This document shows, one piece after another, positions 60,099-64,000 of a stretch of DNA of 64,000 nt; position 1 is the stretch's first letter; each line of letters starts with the position of its first letter. Origin of the DNA: a phage; the sequence record PX915677.1; one strand, 5' to 3'. The notes beneath the pieces were generated by a model. It did not search any database. It was not told the origin of the DNA and was given only the letters and a program-made list of their open reading frames with translations. The translations under genes and the position numbers were made by a program.

Positions 60099-60302
60099 TT
60101 AGTAGAACGAACGAATTTCATCCCACACTTGTTCCTGTTCTTTCCTATAAAAAGAAAGTTGGGTCTTGAACATCTCCACTGATGATTCAAAGTTTTTGGT
60201 TTGTGCAGCTTCAACGAAACGTTCATGTCGGTTGATTTTGCACCGTAGCATTAAATACTTGGCTTCAAGTCTCCGAAGAGCCTGCCTTTTCTCAAGATTC
60301 AC
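60099..60302 (-). CDS. Hypothetical small protein
   Basis: ORF track. Confidence 0.45.
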   Translation of the reverse strand: MNLEKRQALRRLEAKYLMLRCKINRHERFVEAAQTKNFESSVEMFKTQLSFYRKEQEQVWDEIRSFY

Positions 60303-60711
60303 TTTTCAGATACTCTGACCAGTCGCCAGATTCAACCAGAACATCTTGTTCTTCGTCGATGTGATAAATCCAAGCGATAACAGTTTCACCTGAGTCCATC
60401 TTAACAGCAATCTGAGTACGCTGATAGAAGCTGTCTTCAGGGCTACGTTTGTTGTAACCTTCCAGACGGTCATACGGACCTTCCAGACCTGCTTTGTCAG
60501 TAGCAAACACTTCTACACGAACAGGCTTATTGTTATTGCTGTGTGCGAGAGAGATGCTCGGGAAGTAGGAACCACCATAACGGAACAGATCAAAGTTGTC
60601 TTCAGTCCAACCTTCACCAATCGACTTAGCACCAGCTCGGTCATTAACTAAATAGTTAGCTTGACCACGACGAAGAGAACCATAAGTTGCTACGTAAATT
60701 ACTTCTGACAT
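60292..60711 (-). CDS. Gamma-glutamyl cyclotransferase-like (AIG2/GGCT fold) protein
   Basis: N-terminal VATYGSLRRGQANY matching the YGSL motif of GGCT/AIG2 family; 139 aa. Confidence 0.6.
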   Translation of the reverse strand: MSEVIYVATYGSLRRGQANYLVNDRAGAKSIGEGWTEDNFDLFRYGGSYFPSISLAHSNNNKPVRVEVFATDKAGLEGPYDRLEGYNKRSPEDSFYQRTQIAVKMDSGETVIAWIYHIDEEQDVLVESGDWSEYLKSES

Positions 60712-60712
60712 T

Positions 60713-60922
60713 TTAAATACCTTTCCAGTCTTTCATGATGTTTTCAATGTAAGCACACTGCTGATCAGTGGCTCCTGTTACAAACACTTCTAACCCCAAC
60801 TGCTCACAGAAGGGATTAAGAATCAATATTCTGGTTTGCCCATACGAGTGATGCTCTCGGTAGATAACACACCCAGCATCCCATACAGAATCAATGGCTT
60901 TACTCAATCTTTCATGTTTCAT
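60713..60922 (-). CDS. Hypothetical small protein
   Basis: ORF track. Confidence 0.45.
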   Translation of the reverse strand: MKHERLSKAIDSVWDAGCVIYREHHSYGQTRILILNPFCEQLGLEVFVTGATDQQCAYIENIMKDWKGI

Positions 60923-60975
60923 AAAACCTCCAGCTTATCCGAACTAGCCTCCTCTTTCGAAGAGGCTAAAGCAGA

Positions 60976-61161
60976 TTACTCTGTAATAAAGATTTTGATT
61001 ACACCACAGATTGCTGCACTCTCAAATACTGCAACAGCTTCACTCCCCTGAAAGAAGGCCACTTTGCCGTCAGAGAAGTTAAACATGTCAGCATCTAGGT
61101 CCATAGCTCGCATATCACCAGCGTCGTTAGTATCTTTAAACAGAACTTTATACTTATTCAC
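60976..61161 (-). CDS. Hypothetical small acidic protein
   Basis: ORF track. Confidence 0.4.
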   Translation of the reverse strand: MNKYKVLFKDTNDAGDMRAMDLDADMFNFSDGKVAFFQGSEAVAVFESAAICGVIKIFITE

Positions 61162-61406
61162 AGATAGGTCACTCCTTTGTCTTGTTGTGCTTCAGAGATG
61201 ATACGTTCTACACATTCCATAGAATACTTATCACCACGTTTCAGGAAAGTTACAATTGCAGAGAATTGATTACCAATCATTCGCTGATTAGTAATACCCC
61301 ACTCCTCACACAACTTACGCAACTCTTTACGAGAGCCTACAATCAGAGGCTCTTTTTGTTCCATCATTCCATTTTGTACTAGATCTTCCAATGAAAACAT
61401 ATCCAT
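61158..61406 (-). CDS. Hypothetical small protein
   Basis: ORF track; ATGA coupling. Confidence 0.45.
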   Translation of the reverse strand: MDMFSLEDLVQNGMMEQKEPLIVGSRKELRKLCEEWGITNQRMIGNQFSAIVTFLKRGDKYSMECVERIISEAQQDKGVTYL

Positions 61407-61412
61407 ATATCC

Positions 61413-62615
61413 TTAGTAGTTTACAACAGTGCCATCGTTCAGGGTAAGGCTATTAATCTGCAACACACGACCAAGCTGACGATCACTAATTGGTGCGTTC
61501 CATCCAGAGCGGTAGAAGTTACGACCACAGAAGAACAAGATCACATTACTTGCTACAGTCGAACCGTTTTCAGGATGCTTGATGTTAGCGATATAATAAC
61601 CACGACGCAGATTACGACGGGTTACTGGGTTGATCTCTAACCCTTGCTCTTCAACTTGCATTGTTTCAGGAACAGGTTCCGAAGATTCTTCAGCAACTGG
61701 CTCGGAGCTTTCCCCTGATAGTGCGTAATCCTCATCACCTGCTGGTGAAAATGTTTCTTCTACTTCTTCCACAGGAAGTTCGTATGCAACACGATAGTCA
61801 GGCTCAACACCAGAGAAGCTCTTAACAAACTCAACGATGTTGTGAGTGTAAGTTTCCAGAGTTGTTCCAGTCAGTCCCGGAGCTGTGTTAACTTCCAGAA
61901 CCCAAGCGTTAGTATTTTTACTAATCAGGTCAACAGCACCAAAGTTCAAACCCAGAGCAGATACAGCTTTGTGAGCTTGAATCAGAACTTGATCAGGAGG
62001 CGCGTCAGTGAAGGCGTTAGAATAAACCCAACCAGTATGATGGTTACGAATATCTTCACGATAGGTTGACAGATCGCGGTAACCGTTACGACGAATCTTC
62101 TTCTGAACGTAAGTGATAACACCTTCGAACACATGAACACGCCATTCACGACGTGGGCCTTGGATGCCTTTGGTGTACAGAGGAGCATCCGCAACACCTT
62201 CTCGCGCAAGACGAACAGTAATACCTTCTCCAGAGTGACCAGTTAAGGTTCCACGTTCATAAACAATTTCATTCCGGTTCCAGTTCTGAGCTACTTCACG
62301 ATCGACGGTGTATTCAACAGTTTTGACTTCAGCTAAACGCAGTGCGTTAAATGCTGCAACTTTGTTAGCCGCTCGGTTCAAGGCAACCACAGAGTTCAAC
62401 ACAGTTGCGCCACCGAAGAAAGCATCATTGTATCGACGGTTTCCGTAGTTGACAACAATATCACCAACACGAGAACGGTAACGAGAACCCTCTGATACCA
62501 GAGACATTACGTTAGCATTTAAGCGAAGTTCCTGAATCTTAGTGTTAATTGCAGAAGTAAGTTCACGAACTGAATCAGAAGGGCCATAAGGAAGAACACG
62601 GATACGAGTAGTCAT
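61413..62615 (-). CDS. ATP-grasp family ligase with acidic linker and extra C-terminal domain (400 aa)
   Basis: GAVDLISKNTNAWVLEVNTAPGL matches ATP-grasp C-terminal signature; substrate unknown. Confidence 0.6.
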   Translation of the reverse strand: MTTRIRVLPYGPSDSVRELTSAINTKIQELRLNANVMSLVSEGSRYRSRVGDIVVNYGNRRYNDAFFGGATVLNSVVALNRAANKVAAFNALRLAEVKTVEYTVDREVAQNWNRNEIVYERGTLTGHSGEGITVRLAREGVADAPLYTKGIQGPRREWRVHVFEGVITYVQKKIRRNGYRDLSTYREDIRNHHTGWVYSNAFTDAPPDQVLIQAHKAVSALGLNFGAVDLISKNTNAWVLEVNTAPGLTGTTLETYTHNIVEFVKSFSGVEPDYRVAYELPVEEVEETFSPAGDEDYALSGESSEPVAEESSEPVPETMQVEEQGLEINPVTRRNLRRGYYIANIKHPENGSTVASNVILFFCGRNFYRSGWNAPISDRQLGRVLQINSLTLNDGTVVNY

Positions 62616-62617
62616 TG

Positions 62618-62842
62618 TTAGATACCTTTAAGTTTAAGAATTTCGTTACGAGTTTTTTGAATCTGAGCTTCAATTTCGAAGTAGTCATTGAACGCATCGT
62701 TCTCTACTTCATCGGATGGTGCATCAATCAGACCGAAAGCGAACGGATACAGCTTTCGCTGCTCCGTTACTAATTCGATATGAACTCCTATGTAATACTG
62801 TAGGAGAGTAATCTTCGGTTTCTTAGGAACCAGATTTGACAT
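62618..62842 (-). CDS. Hypothetical small protein
   Basis: ORF track. Confidence 0.45.
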   Translation of the reverse strand: MSNLVPKKPKITLLQYYIGVHIELVTEQRKLYPFAFGLIDAPSDEVENDAFNDYFEIEAQIQKTRNEILKLKGI

Positions 62843-63056
62843 GAGGTTCTACCTTAATGCCTTTGATTTTTACATAATCAGCAAGCACGTTGTTGATCAC
62901 TGTTGGGAAAGGAACCTCAACCTGTGTTTCAAGTACTTGACCAATACCAGCTTGCATCCACTTTTGGATTGCACGAAGGTTATCACATCCTGTGCTCGTC
63001 ATCGGGATACGTCGAGTAGTTACAACGTTATCCAGCATCATCTTACGAATTTCCAT
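62823..63056 (-). CDS. Hypothetical small protein
   Basis: ORF track. Confidence 0.45.
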   Translation of the reverse strand: MEIRKMMLDNVVTTRRIPMTSTGCDNLRAIQKWMQAGIGQVLETQVEVPFPTVINNVLADYVKIKGIKVEPHVKSGS

Positions 63057-63058
63057 AC

Positions 63059-63952
63059 TTAACCTCTATTCAATGAACATTTAGGAGAATTACAATAAAC
63101 TTGATTCATAGAACCAAGCGTACAACTTTCAGCATCGCGCCACGGAATCTGCTTAAAACACTCTGAGCAGTATCCGAGGGTTGACCACATGGCTTTGGTG
63201 AAGTCAGTGCTTCGGTTTCCGTCGAAGCTGACAACAGTTTTTCGGAGAGCTGTTCGTGATTCAGGAAACACACCTGCTTTCTCAGCAGGTTCCTCCTTTT
63301 TTGGCTTAGTTGAGATTGCAAAAATACTGTTGCTACGTTTCTCAACATAAGCATCAACAACATCCTCCAGAGTGATGCCTGTCTGTTTCGCTGATGAAGG
63401 TAATATAGTCATACGACCAATCATTTCTTCAGTTACACGTAAAGCAAACTCGGGACGACGGGCGTTTGTTGTATCTGTTGCTTTAATCCATACATAACCA
63501 TCTTTGATCGTAGCATTAGATACTTTCTTCTTTACTTCTACAGCGCAGACTTTACAGATATCTTCACCACGAAGACGACTAAGTTCATCATCGAACTCAT
63601 TCTCTGTTTTAACTTCACCACAGATTTCACAAACACCAATAGGAGTTTCCTCCTCTTCTTCCTCTTTAGGTTTAGTCAAACCTTCCAGACATTCAGGATG
63701 CCAATAGCACTGATATGCGAAGACTGCTTTAGGTGCATCCTTCCAATCAATGTGTTTGTCACAACCACCACAATCACCATGAGAGTGTGCTTCCCAGAAT
63801 TTACGAGTGATAGTAACGCCGTTCTTGTTGACGAAACTATCATTCATATCAAAAGGGATATCATCATCGAAGTCAGCAGTAGTTGACTCAGGCTCCTTTT
63901 TCTCCAGAGATGGGTCAACAAAACGACCTGCTGTGATCACTAAGCGAACCAT
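63059..63952 (-). CDS. Cys-rich protein with multiple CxxC pairs (297 aa)
   Basis: ORF track; several zinc-finger-like Cys pairs. Confidence 0.55.
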   Translation of the reverse strand: MVRLVITAGRFVDPSLEKKEPESTTADFDDDIPFDMNDSFVNKNGVTITRKFWEAHSHGDCGGCDKHIDWKDAPKAVFAYQCYWHPECLEGLTKPKEEEEEETPIGVCEICGEVKTENEFDDELSRLRGEDICKVCAVEVKKKVSNATIKDGYVWIKATDTTNARRPEFALRVTEEMIGRMTILPSSAKQTGITLEDVVDAYVEKRSNSIFAISTKPKKEEPAEKAGVFPESRTALRKTVVSFDGNRSTDFTKAMWSTLGYCSECFKQIPWRDAESCTLGSMNQVYCNSPKCSLNRG

Positions 63953-64000
63953 AGCATTAACTTCGGAGATGCAGGATACTGTCCCACGGTAAACAATTTT

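Overview
The window reads as a near-complete, densely coded genome segment of a tailed, virulent dsDNA phage, with no rRNA, tRNA, CRISPR array or integrase recognised by eye. Everything below is manual reading of the sequence and ORF track; no database search was run. Layout: (i) 1-2779, minus-strand genes including a 5-prime-partial secreted collagen-like repeat protein; (ii) 2790-4558, an unusual ~1.7 kb ORF-free region; (iii) 4559-6265, a minus-strand operon of small secreted/membrane proteins behind a sigma70-like promoter; (iv) 6266-7430, a repeat-rich control region; (v) 7431-37281, a plus-strand morphogenesis module (terminase, portal, scaffold, capsid, tail fibres, lysozyme, internal proteins); (vi) 37374-63952, a convergent minus-strand replication and nucleotide-metabolism module (T7-like primase-helicase, family A DNA polymerase with a separate proofreading exonuclease, SSB-like protein, 5-prime nuclease, Dam methyltransferase, dCTP deaminase, ThyX-like protein, PhoH, an ECF-type sigma factor, several HNH endonucleases). 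A phage-encoded sigma factor plus a recurring TAATGTATA motif upstream of genes resembles what I recall for phiEco32-like (Kuravirus) podoviruses; this is recollection, not a search result. Best candidates for something undescribed: an ATP-grasp ligase / GGCT-like cyclotransferase pair near a CCA-enzyme-like nucleotidyltransferase and a ThyX-like protein whose RHR signature reads KHQ (possible nucleotide or DNA modification chemistry); a TARG1/DarG-like macro domain next to a SLOG-like protein (possible counter-defence); and the 1.7 kb ORF-free region downstream of a phage-type promoter motif (possible large ncRNA). A -1 frameshift site that would fuse the capsid protein to an Ig-like domain is also visible.
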